From Bacteroidota bacterium (lineage in GTDB: Bacteria > Bacteroidota > Bacteroidia > Bacteroidales > Tenuifilaceae): a stretch of 51,788 nt of DNA. A program made the translations under genes and the position numbers. Position 1 is the stretch's first letter. Each line of letters begins with the position of its first letter. Of the stretch, positions 1-9,671 are shown one piece after another. The notes beneath the pieces were generated by a model. It searched no databases and had not been told where the DNA came from. It was given only the letters and a program-made list of their open reading frames with translations. The stretch lies in assembly GCA_029558675.1 (NCBI GenBank), contig JAKQEF010000039.1, forward strand, positions 1-51,788. The letters run 5' to 3'.

Positions 1-76
1 AAAAATTTCATGTACTTTTGAACGATTACGCCATACAGAGGTCATTTTATTGTAACCAATCGAATCTCTTGAAGCA

Positions 77-838
77 GTGAGAATAACCTTTTTAGGAACC
101 GGAACATCACAAGGTGTCCCTGTAATTACCTGCCCTTGTCAGGTCTGCCATTCGGAAGATCCACGCGACCGAAGGTTGCGAACCTCAGCACTGATAGAGC
201 ATAACGGAAGCACGGTGCTTATTGATGCAGGGCCCGACTTTCGTCAGCAAATGCTCACGGCCAATGTTATGAATCTGGATGCCATCCTTGTTACACACGA
301 ACACCGTGATCATATTGCCGGGCTCGACGATATCCGTGCTTTCAACTACTTTTTGAACCGACCCATGGATATATGGGCAGAACCAAGGGTGCATACAGCC
401 ATTAAGAATATTTTCGGATACGTATTCAGTGAGGATAAGTACCCAGGCTCTCCCGAAATGAATTTACATGTCATCGACGGCAGGTCGTTCAGGGTAAATA
501 GTATAGACGTACTACCCATTAGGGTTATGCATCACAAAATGCCGGTATATGGGTTTCGCATCGACGATCTGACGTACATTACTGATGCCAATGGCATTGC
601 CGACGAGGAAAAGGAGAAAATGGCCGGAACAAGTTGCCTTATTGTTAATGCCCTCAGGCAGAGGAAGCATTTATCGCATTTTTCACTCCGTGAAGCCCTT
701 GACCTGATTGCCGAAGTTAAACCACAACAGGCGTACATAACCCATATAAGCCACCAGATGGGGCTTCATGCTGAGGTTCAAAAGGAATTGCCGCAAAATG
801 TTTTTTTGGCATACGATGGGCTCACCGTTGATCTATAA
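77..838 (+). CDS. MBL-fold metallo-hydrolase (PhnP-like)
   Basis: 253-aa ORF with a GTG start. The beta-lactamase-fold metal motif THEHRDHIAG is present, and the N-terminus ITFLGTGTSQGVP is typical of the family. Confidence 0.8.
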   Translation: MRITFLGTGTSQGVPVITCPCQVCHSEDPRDRRLRTSALIEHNGSTVLIDAGPDFRQQMLTANVMNLDAILVTHEHRDHIAGLDDIRAFNYFLNRPMDIWAEPRVHTAIKNIFGYVFSEDKYPGSPEMNLHVIDGRSFRVNSIDVLPIRVMHHKMPVYGFRIDDLTYITDANGIADEEKEKMAGTSCLIVNALRQRKHLSHFSLREALDLIAEVKPQQAYITHISHQMGLHAEVQKELPQNVFLAYDGLTVDL

Positions 839-897
839 TCTTTTGCCCTTTTGGGTAGCAAGAGTGTTCACTATGGCAGAACATTGAAAACAGCACC

Positions 898-1557
898 ATG
901 AGGTACATCAATTTTCATACACATTTGCATTCAATGATCGACAATACCGTTGAGGTAAAAAGTTTAACCACAACCGATATTGCCCAAATTGAAGCTGATA
1001 AACTTTATACCGTTGGCATTCATCCCTGGTATGCCCATCAGGGTAATATGGAGGAACAATTGAGCATTTTAAAAACCATTTCTTTACAACCCAACGTCAT
1101 AGGGATTGGCGAAATAGGGCTTGACAAATTGCGAGGCCCTGCGCTTGATGTTCAAAAACGTGTGTTAGCCGAGCAGTTGGTCATTGCCCAAGCTGTGAAC
1201 AAACCGGTAATTATCCACTGTGTAAAAGCATGGGATGACCTGGTTAGAATGAAAAAGGGTTTTGATACCGATACTCTTCAGTGGGCCATTCATGGGTTCA
1301 GGGGCAATGCCCGTCAGGCTTTGCAGCTGGTTAAACTGGGGTTTTACCTCTCGTTTGGGCACCACATCCTCGATAGCCAAAGCAAAGCGTTGGAATCATT
1401 GGAAGCCATACCACTCAACCGCCTTTTCCTTGAAACCGATGATTCGGGCGCTACAATTGCCGATTTATACAACCATGCTGCGCAGAGGGTAAACAAAACA
1501 CCTGGCGATTTGGCCCGGATAATTGAGGCTAATTTTAATGATTTCTTCAACCGTTAG
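898..1557 (+). CDS. TatD-family metal-dependent hydrolase
   Basis: 219 aa. It has an N-terminal HTHLH metal site, a GEIGLD motif and a C-terminal ETD motif, as in TatD-like hydrolases. Confidence 0.8.
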   Translation: MRYINFHTHLHSMIDNTVEVKSLTTTDIAQIEADKLYTVGIHPWYAHQGNMEEQLSILKTISLQPNVIGIGEIGLDKLRGPALDVQKRVLAEQLVIAQAVNKPVIIHCVKAWDDLVRMKKGFDTDTLQWAIHGFRGNARQALQLVKLGFYLSFGHHILDSQSKALESLEAIPLNRLFLETDDSGATIADLYNHAAQRVNKTPGDLARIIEANFNDFFNR

Positions 1558-1561
1558 TAAG

Positions 1562-1984
1562 CTATTCGCCGATTATCTTCACCAATACCCGCTTCCGTCG
1601 TTTTCCATCGAACTCGCCGTAGAAAATTTGCTCCCAGGGACCAAAATCCAGCCTCCCCTCGGTAATGGCCACCACCACCTCGCGCCCCATGATGGTGCGC
1701 TTCAAATGGGCATCGGCATTATCCTCAAAGCCATTGTGCTTATACTGCGAATAGGGTTTTTCGGGGGCCAACTTCTCCAGCCAAACCTCAAAATCGTGGT
1801 GCAGCCCCGATTCATCGTCATTAATAAAAACGCTCGAGGTGATGTGCTTGGCGTTAACCAGCAGAAGCCCTTCCTGCACACCACTCTCCTTGAGGCACTG
1901 CATTACTGAAGGGGTAATGTTTATCAACTCACGCCTCCTGCTGGTCTCGAACCACAACTCCTTCCGAAAACTCTTCATATCCAA
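1562..1984 (-). CDS. YjbQ/UPF0047 family protein (secondary thiamine-phosphate synthase enzyme)
   Basis: 140 aa. The size and sequence pattern ([24 protein letters not shown] ... [13 protein letters not shown]) are characteristic of YjbQ. Confidence 0.75.
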   Translation of the reverse strand: MDMKSFRKELWFETSRRRELINITPSVMQCLKESGVQEGLLLVNAKHITSSVFINDDESGLHHDFEVWLEKLAPEKPYSQYKHNGFEDNADAHLKRTIMGREVVVAITEGRLDFGPWEQIFYGEFDGKRRKRVLVKIIGE

Positions 1985-2020
1985 TGGGTAATACTTGATT
2001 TCAAAATTTTATGATGGACC

Positions 2021-3763
2021 CTACAAATTCATCTCCTTGATAATCCCTTCAATCTTCGCATCCAGCTTTTTCAACACTATCTCGTACTCGGCCGGCGATT
2101 TGATTTGCCCCTTAACCCCAAAGTAAAACTTAATCTTTGGCTCGGTACCCGAGGGCCGGATTGAAATCCGGGTACTGTCCTCGGTTATAAATTGAAGAAC
2201 ATCCGACTTGGGTAGATTGATGGCCTCCAACGTCCCTTTGGCAATATTTTGAGTTTGCTGCTTTTTAAAGTCATGCACCACCTTTACAGGCGATCCTCCA
2301 ATCGTTTTAGGGGGATTGGAACGAAATCTTTCCATCATGGCACTGATCTCTTCGGCTCCCTCTTTACCTTTTTTTGTAACCGAAATAAGATGCTCCTTGT
2401 AAAGGCCAAACTTAAGGTAAACCTCAATGAGCAGTTGATACAGGGTTTTACCCTGATCCTTTGCCCATGCTGCAATCTCTGAAAACAGTGCGCAACAGAG
2501 TATGGCATCCTTATCGCGCGAATTAGTACCCGCAAGGTATCCATAGCTCTCCTCGCCTCCGCCTATGAATGTTTTGGTGCCTTCCAGCTTCCTGATTATT
2601 TCTGCAATGTACTTAAATCCCGTTAACACTTCAAAACACTCAACGCCAAACTCCTTGGCCATGTCGGCAAGCAGGTCGGTTGTGACGATGGTTTTTACAA
2701 TATATTCTTTACCCTTGATCATTCCCTTCTCTTTCCACTTGGTGAGCAGGTAAAAGATAAGCAGCGTTGCAGCCTGGTTGCCATTGAGCAGAATATATTT
2801 CCCAAGGTGATTTTTTATGCCGAGCCCCACCCTATCGCCATCGGGATCGGTTCCCATAACGATATCCGCGTCAATCTTCTCGGCTTTTTTAATGGCCAGC
2901 ATCAGGGCCGATCCCTCCTCGGGGTTTGGCGATTCGACCGTGGGGAAATTCCCGTCAATCACATTCTGCTGGGCAATGGTGGTCACCGTTGCAAAACCAA
3001 ACTTATGCAGCAGCTTGGGAACAAGCTTCACTCCCGTGCCATGGATGGGCGTATAAACTATTTTCAGATTACGGTGTTTGAGATTGATCTCCGGCGACAA
3101 CGACATGGAAGCCAATGTGTTCAGGTATATTTCATCGGTTTCGGTTCCAATAATCTTGATGAGATTATCATCGCCATCAAACTTCACTTCGGAAACCGAA
3201 GAGATTTTTTGCACCTCTTTGATGATATTGATATCGTGAGGCGGTACAATCTGTGCACCATCCTCCCAATAAACCTTAAATCCATTGTACTCCTTGGGAT
3301 TGTGAGATGCAGTAATCACAATACCGCTATGGCACTTGAAAGTGCGAATGGTAAAGCTCAGCTGCGGAACAGGGCGCAAAGCTTCAAAAAGGTACACTTT
3401 AATTCCATTTGCGCTCATGATCTGCGCCGATGTTTTGGCAAATTCCATGCTGTTGTTCCGCGAGTCGAAAGCAATGGCCACGCGAATCTCGGGCAGGTAC
3501 GAGAATTGCTTCAACAAGTAGTTGGCCAAGCCCTGAGTTGCCATTCCCAGAGTGTACCTATTCATACGGTTTGTGCCCACTCCCATGATTCCTCTCAACC
3601 CACCGGTGCCAAACTCCAAATCCCTGTAAAAGGCATCAACCAGCCCTTTGGGGTTGGTCTCCATAAGTTTTTTCACCTCATCCCGGGTATGCTTATCAAA
3701 TTCAGGCTGTAACCACTGCTCAGCCTTTTTCTGGATCAATGCATCAACTTCAGAATTTTTCAT
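2021..3763 (-). CDS. Phospho-sugar mutase (phosphoglucomutase/phosphomannomutase family)
   Basis: 580 aa. It carries the catalytic phosphoserine loop TASHNPKEYNG and the metal loop GTDPDGDR. Confidence 0.85.
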   Translation of the reverse strand: MKNSEVDALIQKKAEQWLQPEFDKHTRDEVKKLMETNPKGLVDAFYRDLEFGTGGLRGIMGVGTNRMNRYTLGMATQGLANYLLKQFSYLPEIRVAIAFDSRNNSMEFAKTSAQIMSANGIKVYLFEALRPVPQLSFTIRTFKCHSGIVITASHNPKEYNGFKVYWEDGAQIVPPHDINIIKEVQKISSVSEVKFDGDDNLIKIIGTETDEIYLNTLASMSLSPEINLKHRNLKIVYTPIHGTGVKLVPKLLHKFGFATVTTIAQQNVIDGNFPTVESPNPEEGSALMLAIKKAEKIDADIVMGTDPDGDRVGLGIKNHLGKYILLNGNQAATLLIFYLLTKWKEKGMIKGKEYIVKTIVTTDLLADMAKEFGVECFEVLTGFKYIAEIIRKLEGTKTFIGGGEESYGYLAGTNSRDKDAILCCALFSEIAAWAKDQGKTLYQLLIEVYLKFGLYKEHLISVTKKGKEGAEEISAMMERFRSNPPKTIGGSPVKVVHDFKKQQTQNIAKGTLEAINLPKSDVLQFITEDSTRISIRPSGTEPKIKFYFGVKGQIKSPAEYEIVLKKLDAKIEGIIKEMNL

Positions 3764-3790
3764 AGTGGTAAATTTTGTGGTTAGATACTG

Positions 3791-4669
3791 CTACATCTCT
3801 TCTTTTTGCTTTAATGCAGTTAAACACTTCAGCAGGCTTTCTTTCCAATGTGGAATGCGAATTCCATACACTTCCTTCACCTTGCGTTTATTAAAAACGC
3901 TATAAGGGGGACGATTGGCTGCCAAAGGATACTCGCTGGTTAAGATAGGAATAATTTTGCATTTAAGATCATAGAACGATACGATTTCTAACGCAAAATC
4001 GTACCAACTGCATACACCCTCGTTGGAGTAGTGGTATATACCGGGGATAAATTTATTCTTGCCCATTTCCACGATGTCAACGAGGGCTTGGGCCAAATCG
4101 TGCGCCCAGGTAGGGCAGCCTATCTGATCGTACACAACCCTCAATTCGGGCAGGGTGCCGCCCTTCGAAATAATAGTTTTAACAAAGTTTTTACCATAAA
4201 CGGAGTAAAGCCACGACGTTCTAATGACCATCGCATTTCCCGACTTCAAAACCTCCTTCTCGCCCTCATACTTCGATGACCCGTAAACCGAAGCGGGTTC
4301 GGGAGAATCATCCTCATCGTAGGGTTTCCACGTCATGCCGTTGAAAACGTAGTCGGTTGAAATGTGTATCAATTTAAAACCTTCACTATCCGCCGCAGCG
4401 GAAAGGATTGCCGGAGCATCGATATTCAGGCGATTGGCATTCTCTACATCCTCTTCAGCCTTATCGACAGCCGTATAGGCTGCACAATTAATTAAATAAT
4501 CAGGCTTATAGCTCAGAAAGAAAGATTTTACGGCTTCGGCATCAGTAATGTCCAGCGTATCAACATCGGTAAACAGAAAATTTAACTTGGGGTGCTGTTG
4601 AGCCAGACGCTGTATCTCAGTACCCAGCTGTCCATTAGCCCCGGTTATAAGTACCTTTATTTGGTCCAT
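3791..4669 (-). CDS. rfbD: dTDP-4-dehydrorhamnose reductase
   Basis: 292 aa. It has a Rossmann motif (ITGANGQLG), STDYVF, and an RmlD-like length and layout. Confidence 0.85.
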   Translation of the reverse strand: MDQIKVLITGANGQLGTEIQRLAQQHPKLNFLFTDVDTLDITDAEAVKSFFLSYKPDYLINCAAYTAVDKAEEDVENANRLNIDAPAILSAAADSEGFKLIHISTDYVFNGMTWKPYDEDDSPEPASVYGSSKYEGEKEVLKSGNAMVIRTSWLYSVYGKNFVKTIISKGGTLPELRVVYDQIGCPTWAHDLAQALVDIVEMGKNKFIPGIYHYSNEGVCSWYDFALEIVSFYDLKCKIIPILTSEYPLAANRPPYSVFNKRKVKEVYGIRIPHWKESLLKCLTALKQKEEM

Positions 4670-4800
4670 CTTGACATGGCATTAATAAACAACTATTCAG
4701 ATCGGTGTGAAAAAGAGCAAATCCATGGCTGCGCTATCTTAAACGCTGTCTAATTACATGATTCTAACTCGAAGTGCTGCATATACTCTTGCATTCCGCA

Positions 4801-5745
4801 TCAGCTATTCTTTAGCAAATCTTTAAAATAATCAATGGTTTTAATAAGTCCATCACGAAGTTGGATACGGGGCTCCCAACCATTGAGTAATTTTTTGGCC
4901 AAGGCTATATCGGGACGTCTCTGTATGGGGTCATCCACTGGCAAACTTTGGTACGAAATCTTTGATGAACTTCCCGTTAGCTCCAGCACCAGGTTGGCCA
5001 ACTCCAGAATGGAGAACTCGTTGGGATTCCCCAGGTTCACTGGTCCTGTTACGCCATTGTTTGTATTCATTAACCTAATCAGGGCCTCGACCAAATCGTC
5101 AACATACATAAAGCTTCGCGTCTGCGTTCCCCGTCCGTATATGGTAATATCCTGTTTTTCAATGGCCTGAACGATAAAATTCGATACTACCCTTCCATCG
5201 TTGGGGTGCATCCTCGGTCCATACGTATTAAAAATTCTGGCAATTTTGATATCCACATCGTTCTGATCGTGGTAATTCACAAAAAGCGTTTCTGCACAGC
5301 GTTTCCCCTCGTCATAGCACGATCGAGGGCCAATGGGATTAACATTGCCCCAGTAGCTCTCGGGCTGAGGGTGTATCTCAGGGTCGCCATACACCTCGCT
5401 TGTGGAGGCCTGAAGGATTTTTGCCTTCAGCCTTTTGGCCAGGCCCAACATGTTTATGGCCCCCATTACCGAAGTTTTAACGGTTTTAATGGCATTATAC
5501 TGATAATGAATGGGCGAAGCTGGACAAGCAAGATTATATATCTCGTCAACCTCAATGAAAATGGGCGTGGTAACATCGTGCCTGACCAACTCGAAGTATG
5601 GATTTTTGAGCAGATGGACAATGTTGGACTTGCTGCCCGTAAAAAAATTATCCAGGCAAATCACATCGTTGCCTTCGTTGAGCAACCGTTCACAAAGGTG
5701 CGAGCCTAAAAATCCTGCACCGCCTGTTACAAGTATTCGCTTCAT
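4801..5745 (-). CDS. UDP-glucuronate decarboxylase (UDP-xylose synthase), SDR family
   Basis: 314 aa. It has the motifs [12 protein letters not shown] and YDEGKR (YxxxK), and the overall sequence is UXS-like. Confidence 0.85.
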   Translation of the reverse strand: MKRILVTGGAGFLGSHLCERLLNEGNDVICLDNFFTGSKSNIVHLLKNPYFELVRHDVTTPIFIEVDEIYNLACPASPIHYQYNAIKTVKTSVMGAINMLGLAKRLKAKILQASTSEVYGDPEIHPQPESYWGNVNPIGPRSCYDEGKRCAETLFVNYHDQNDVDIKIARIFNTYGPRMHPNDGRVVSNFIVQAIEKQDITIYGRGTQTRSFMYVDDLVEALIRLMNTNNGVTGPVNLGNPNEFSILELANLVLELTGSSSKISYQSLPVDDPIQRRPDIALAKKLLNGWEPRIQLRDGLIKTIDYFKDLLKNS

Positions 5746-5998
5746 TTGATGCTTTTATGGTAAAAAAAGAATCTCAGCCCCATAAGGGGCTAGATGCCAA
5801 ATTTCGTTTGGCTCAAAGATAAGTTATTCAACCCTAAAACGGAAAGCAAAAAATTTTATTTCGACGTTTCGCCAAAGCGCATTCCGAAACCAAAACACAT
5901 CTGCTTCTCTATCTACAATATTCAAAGCATCCGAAGTTGAAGCATAACGCGTAAAACAAAAATAATCATCTTTTTTTCCTATAAATGATAAAGTTATG

Positions 5999-6006
5999 TA
6001 TTTTTG
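5999..6006 (+). promoter_or_regulatory. Candidate Bacteroidota -7 promoter box (TATTTTTG) upstream of rpsA
   Basis: The sequence matches the TAnnTTTG consensus and lies 55 nt upstream of the rpsA ATG. No clean TTTG -33 element was seen. Confidence 0.4.
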
Positions 6007-6060
6007 CACTCATATTTTTATTACGTATAATGTCTAACTTATTAATTTTAAACAAGTTTA

Positions 6061-8268
6061 ATGATTAATCAAGAAGAAAACGCTTCAAAAGAAGTATTTG
6101 AAGAAAATGAAGGTAAGTATCAGAATGATTCTCAACTAGAGAATGAAGGTACCGAAGCAAAGGGCAACGATGAAACCGAACCCGAAAAGGATGAAGGTCC
6201 CATGGAAGACATTGTCGCACCCGTCATCGACAAGGTCGTCAATGTAAAACCCGAAGAATTTGACTGGGAGGCTTACGCACAGGATGAGCCATACTCCAAA
6301 GAACAAAAAGCCGAGTTACTTGAGATGTACGACAAGACCCTCTCGTCAGTGGGTGAGGGCGAGGTGGTAGATGGCACCGTAATCGCATTGACCAAACGCG
6401 AGGTTGTTATCAACATAGGTTATAAATCCGAAGGGGTTATTAGCCTAAGCGAATTCCGTCACAATCCCGACTTGAAAATAGGCGATGTCGTTGAGGTTTA
6501 CGTTGAAAACCAGGAGGACAAGCGCGGACAGCTTGTGCTATCGCACAAAAAAGCCCGGTCGCTTCGTTCGTGGGATCGCATAAATCGGGCTTTAGACAAG
6601 GATGAAATTATTAAGGGTTACATTAAGTGCCGTACCAAAGGCGGAATGATTGTCGATGTTTTCGGTATCGAGGCCTTCCTGCCCGGATCACAAATTGACG
6701 TTAAGCCTATTCGCGACTATGATATCTTTGTTGGCAAGACCATGGAGTTTAAGGTGGTTAAAATTAACCAGGAGTATAAGAACGTAGTGGTTTCGCACAA
6801 AGCACTTATTGAAGAGGAACTCGAACAGCAGAAAAAAGAAATTATTGCAAAACTTGAAAAAGGGCAAGTACTCGAGGGAACCGTTAAAAACATTACCAGC
6901 TACGGTGTGTTTATCGATTTGGGTGGTGTTGATGGGTTAATCCATATTACCGATTTGTCGTGGGGACGAGTTTCTCATCCCGAAGAAATTGTTGAGCTTG
7001 ACCAAAAACTCAACGTGGTTATCCTCGATTTCGATGATGCCAAGAAACGGATTGCCCTTGGTCTGAAACAGCTTGCACCACATCCGTGGGATTCTCTCGA
7101 TACCAACCTGAAAATTGGCGATATAACCAAAGGGAAAGTAGTTGTCATGGCCGATTACGGAGCATTTGTCGAAATAGCTCCAGGGGTTGAAGGATTAATT
7201 CATGTTTCGGAGATGTCATGGAGCCAGCACCTTAGAAGTGCCCAGGAATTCATGAAAGTTGGCGATATTGTTGAGGCTCAAATACTCACTCTCGACCGTG
7301 AGGAGCGAAAAATGTCGTTGGGTATCAAGCAGCTCAAACCTGATCCATGGGATAAGATCGAAGAAAAATATGCCGTTGGTTCTCGCCAAAGTGCTAAAGT
7401 AAGGAATTTTACCTCCTTCGGTGTATTTGTTGAGATTGAAGAAGGAGTGGATGGCCTTATACACATATCAGACCTGAGTTGGACAAAAAAAATTAAGCAC
7501 CCCGCCGAATTCACTACCGTTGGTGCTGATATCGATGTAGTTGTTTTAGGCATTGATAAGGAAAACAGACGCTTAAGTTTAGGTCACAAACATCTTGAAG
7601 AGAATCCATGGGACGTATTCGAAACCATTTTCACCGTCGATTCAATTCATGAGGGCACCATTATCGAAACGTTCGATAAAGGTGCTGTCGTTGCCCTTCC
7701 ATACGGAGTTGAAGGTTTTGTAACTCCAAAACATCTTGTAAAAGAGGATGGAACGGTAGGAAAAATTGATGAAAAGTTAGAATTTAAAGTCATTGAATTC
7801 AACAAATCAGCTAAGCGTATAATCCTCTCGCACAGCAGGGTTTATGAGGATGCCAGGAAGTCGGAAGGCAAAGCCGACAAAAAAAGTAAGACTTCAACCA
7901 CAGAAAAAGCTGTAAAAAAGTTGAAAGCTAGTTTAGAAAAGACTACCTTAGGGGATATTTCCGAATTGGCTGCCCTGAAAACCGAACTCGAAGAGAATCA
8001 GAAGAAAGTAGAGATTCAGGAAAGCAAGAAAGTTAAAGAACCTGCTAAGGCTAAGGTAAAAAAAGAGGAAACGGAGAAGAAAGAAGAGGTAGAAGAACCG
8101 GCAAAAAAAGTTGAAGAAAAAAAGACCGCAACCAAAACCAAAACCAAAGCAAAAAAGGAGGAAAGTAAAGTAGAGATTGAGAAGGAAGTGAAGGCCAAAC
8201 CAAAAACCAAATCCAAAAGCAAAAAAGCAGAAGAGGGCAGCGAACAATCGGATGAGACAGTAAAATAG
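6061..8268 (+). CDS. rpsA: 30S ribosomal protein S1 with an acidic N-terminal and a Lys/Glu-rich C-terminal extension
   Basis: 735 aa. Six S1 OB-fold repeats are recognisable, for example GTVKNITSYGVFIDLGGVDGLIHITDLS and GKVVVMADYGAFVEIAPGVEGLIHVSEMS. Confidence 0.9.
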   Translation: MINQEENASKEVFEENEGKYQNDSQLENEGTEAKGNDETEPEKDEGPMEDIVAPVIDKVVNVKPEEFDWEAYAQDEPYSKEQKAELLEMYDKTLSSVGEGEVVDGTVIALTKREVVINIGYKSEGVISLSEFRHNPDLKIGDVVEVYVENQEDKRGQLVLSHKKARSLRSWDRINRALDKDEIIKGYIKCRTKGGMIVDVFGIEAFLPGSQIDVKPIRDYDIFVGKTMEFKVVKINQEYKNVVVSHKALIEEELEQQKKEIIAKLEKGQVLEGTVKNITSYGVFIDLGGVDGLIHITDLSWGRVSHPEEIVELDQKLNVVILDFDDAKKRIALGLKQLAPHPWDSLDTNLKIGDITKGKVVVMADYGAFVEIAPGVEGLIHVSEMSWSQHLRSAQEFMKVGDIVEAQILTLDREERKMSLGIKQLKPDPWDKIEEKYAVGSRQSAKVRNFTSFGVFVEIEEGVDGLIHISDLSWTKKIKHPAEFTTVGADIDVVVLGIDKENRRLSLGHKHLEENPWDVFETIFTVDSIHEGTIIETFDKGAVVALPYGVEGFVTPKHLVKEDGTVGKIDEKLEFKVIEFNKSAKRIILSHSRVYEDARKSEGKADKKSKTSTTEKAVKKLKASLEKTTLGDISELAALKTELEENQKKVEIQESKKVKEPAKAKVKKEETEKKEEVEEPAKKVEEKKTATKTKTKAKKEESKVEIEKEVKAKPKTKSKSKKAEEGSEQSDETVK

Positions 8269-8295
8269 ATGTTAAACCGGTAACTCAAAAATCTG

Positions 8296-8661
8296 ATGGC
8301 AATGGAATTTAAGATTAACAAACTTGAGAACTACTCTGTAATAGAGGTTCTCGAAGAAAAATTGGATACCAATATTGCTCCCAGTCTTAAATCGGAGTTG
8401 GTGCTCATATCAGGAAACGGTGAAAAAAATATTGTGCTCGACCTTTCGTCGTGCCGATATTGCGACTCATCGGGGTTAAGCGCCATTCTTGTTGCCAACA
8501 GGTTATGCAAAAATGCCAATGGCACTTTTGTGCTCACCGGGCTCACCGATGCTGTCGAAAGGCTTATTACCATTTCTCAGCTGGATACAGTTCTTAACAT
8601 TGCATACTCTCGCAACGAGGCAGCTGAAATAATCAGAAAGGCTGAAAGCGAGAATAAGTAG
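8296..8661 (+). CDS. STAS-domain protein (anti-sigma-factor antagonist family)
   Basis: 121 aa. The CDSSGLSAIL loop contains the conserved phosphorylatable serine context seen in SpoIIAA/RsbV-type proteins. Confidence 0.75.
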   Translation: MAMEFKINKLENYSVIEVLEEKLDTNIAPSLKSELVLISGNGEKNIVLDLSSCRYCDSSGLSAILVANRLCKNANGTFVLTGLTDAVERLITISQLDTVLNIAYSRNEAAEIIRKAESENK

Positions 8662-9590
8662 TGACTTTTTCTTTAACCATTTTAGGCAGCAGCAGTGCGC
8701 TGCCCACATCGCAAAGATTTCCTTCCGCTCACGTGCTCAATGCACGTGAGCGGTTGTTTTTAATTGATTGCGCCGAAGGCACACAAATTCAACTACGGCG
8801 GTATAAAGCCAAACTCTCTCGCATCAATTCCATTTTCATCTCTCACCTTCATGGCGACCACGTGCTTGGCTTGGTAGGATTAATCTCAACCCTCAACCTT
8901 CTTGGGCGAACCAAAGAGTTAGCCATATGCGCCCATGCTCCGCTGGAGCCTATTCTCAGGCAGAATATCAATTTTTTCGTTGATGAACTGATGTTCCCCA
9001 TACGCTTCATATCCCTCGACACCAAAAGGAAAAATGTTATTTATCAGCAAGGCGATATAGTAGTCGAAAGCATTCCCCTTAAACACCGCATAGCCTCAAA
9101 TGGCTTCATCATTCGAGAGATCGTGAAATATCCGAATATAAAAAAGGAGTTGATAGAGAAATACTCAATACCCCTTGCCGAAATTAACAGGATAAAACAA
9201 GGTGGCGACTTTGAAACCCCTGAAGGGAGAATTATTCCAAATGCAGAGCTAACCTACTATGCCTCCCTGCCACGCTCTTATGCCTACTGCTCCGATACCC
9301 GATTTTTCGAAAAGTTGGCACCGATGGTTGAGGGAGTGGACATCCTGTACCACGAAGCCACATTTGGCAACGATATGGAAAAAATGGCCAAGGCCACCGG
9401 GCATTCCACTGCAGCGCAGGCAGCCACCATTGCCAAAATGGCCGGAGCAAAAAAGCTGATTATCGGACATTTCTCTTCGAGATACAAAGATGTATCGGTA
9501 CTTGTTGAGCAAGCCCGGGCCATATTCCCTGAAACCTACCCGGCTAACGATGGTGACATGTTTGACATCCCCATAAAAAAAGGGTGCTAA
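8661..9590 (+). CDS. rnz: Ribonuclease Z
   Basis: 309 aa with a GTG start that overlaps the STAS stop codon (TAGTG). It has the MBL motif SHLHGDH and an N-terminus ILGSSSALPT typical of RNase Z. Confidence 0.85.
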   Translation: MTFSLTILGSSSALPTSQRFPSAHVLNARERLFLIDCAEGTQIQLRRYKAKLSRINSIFISHLHGDHVLGLVGLISTLNLLGRTKELAICAHAPLEPILRQNINFFVDELMFPIRFISLDTKRKNVIYQQGDIVVESIPLKHRIASNGFIIREIVKYPNIKKELIEKYSIPLAEINRIKQGGDFETPEGRIIPNAELTYYASLPRSYAYCSDTRFFEKLAPMVEGVDILYHEATFGNDMEKMAKATGHSTAAQAATIAKMAGAKKLIIGHFSSRYKDVSVLVEQARAIFPETYPANDGDMFDIPIKKGC

Positions 9591-9637
9591 GAAAAGAATA
9601 TTAAACAACGCCACACAGTTTTATGATGTAAAAAGCG

Positions 9638-9645
9638 TAAATTTG
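9638..9645 (+). promoter_or_regulatory. Candidate -7 promoter box (TAAATTTG) upstream of guaA
   Basis: The sequence matches TAnnTTTG and lies 27 nt upstream of the guaA ATG. Confidence 0.4.
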
Positions 9646-9671
9646 CGCACTCATTTTTTTATCACTACCCC

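Noticed and set aside
2807-3712. Long antisense ORFs in the six-frame track. Examples are 2807-3712 (+), 5206-5709 (+), 30946-31581 (-), 31356-31934 (-), 35028-35942 (+), 42615-43169 (+), 47660-48346 (+) and 48995-50128 (+).
   Set aside because: Each lies entirely inside, and opposite to, a gene with strong family motifs (phosphomutase, UXS, rocD, methylase, YyaL, binding protein, peptidase). Their translations are low-complexity or motif-free. They are shadow ORFs.
7990-8268. Apparent tandem DNA repeats (AAAACCAAAACCAAAGCAAAAAAGG-like) near the 3' end of rpsA, considered as a possible noncoding repeat array or CRISPR-like feature.
   Set aside because: They are imperfect, lie in frame and encode the K/T/E-rich tail of S1. 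There is no repeat-spacer periodicity. I saw no CRISPR array anywhere in the window.
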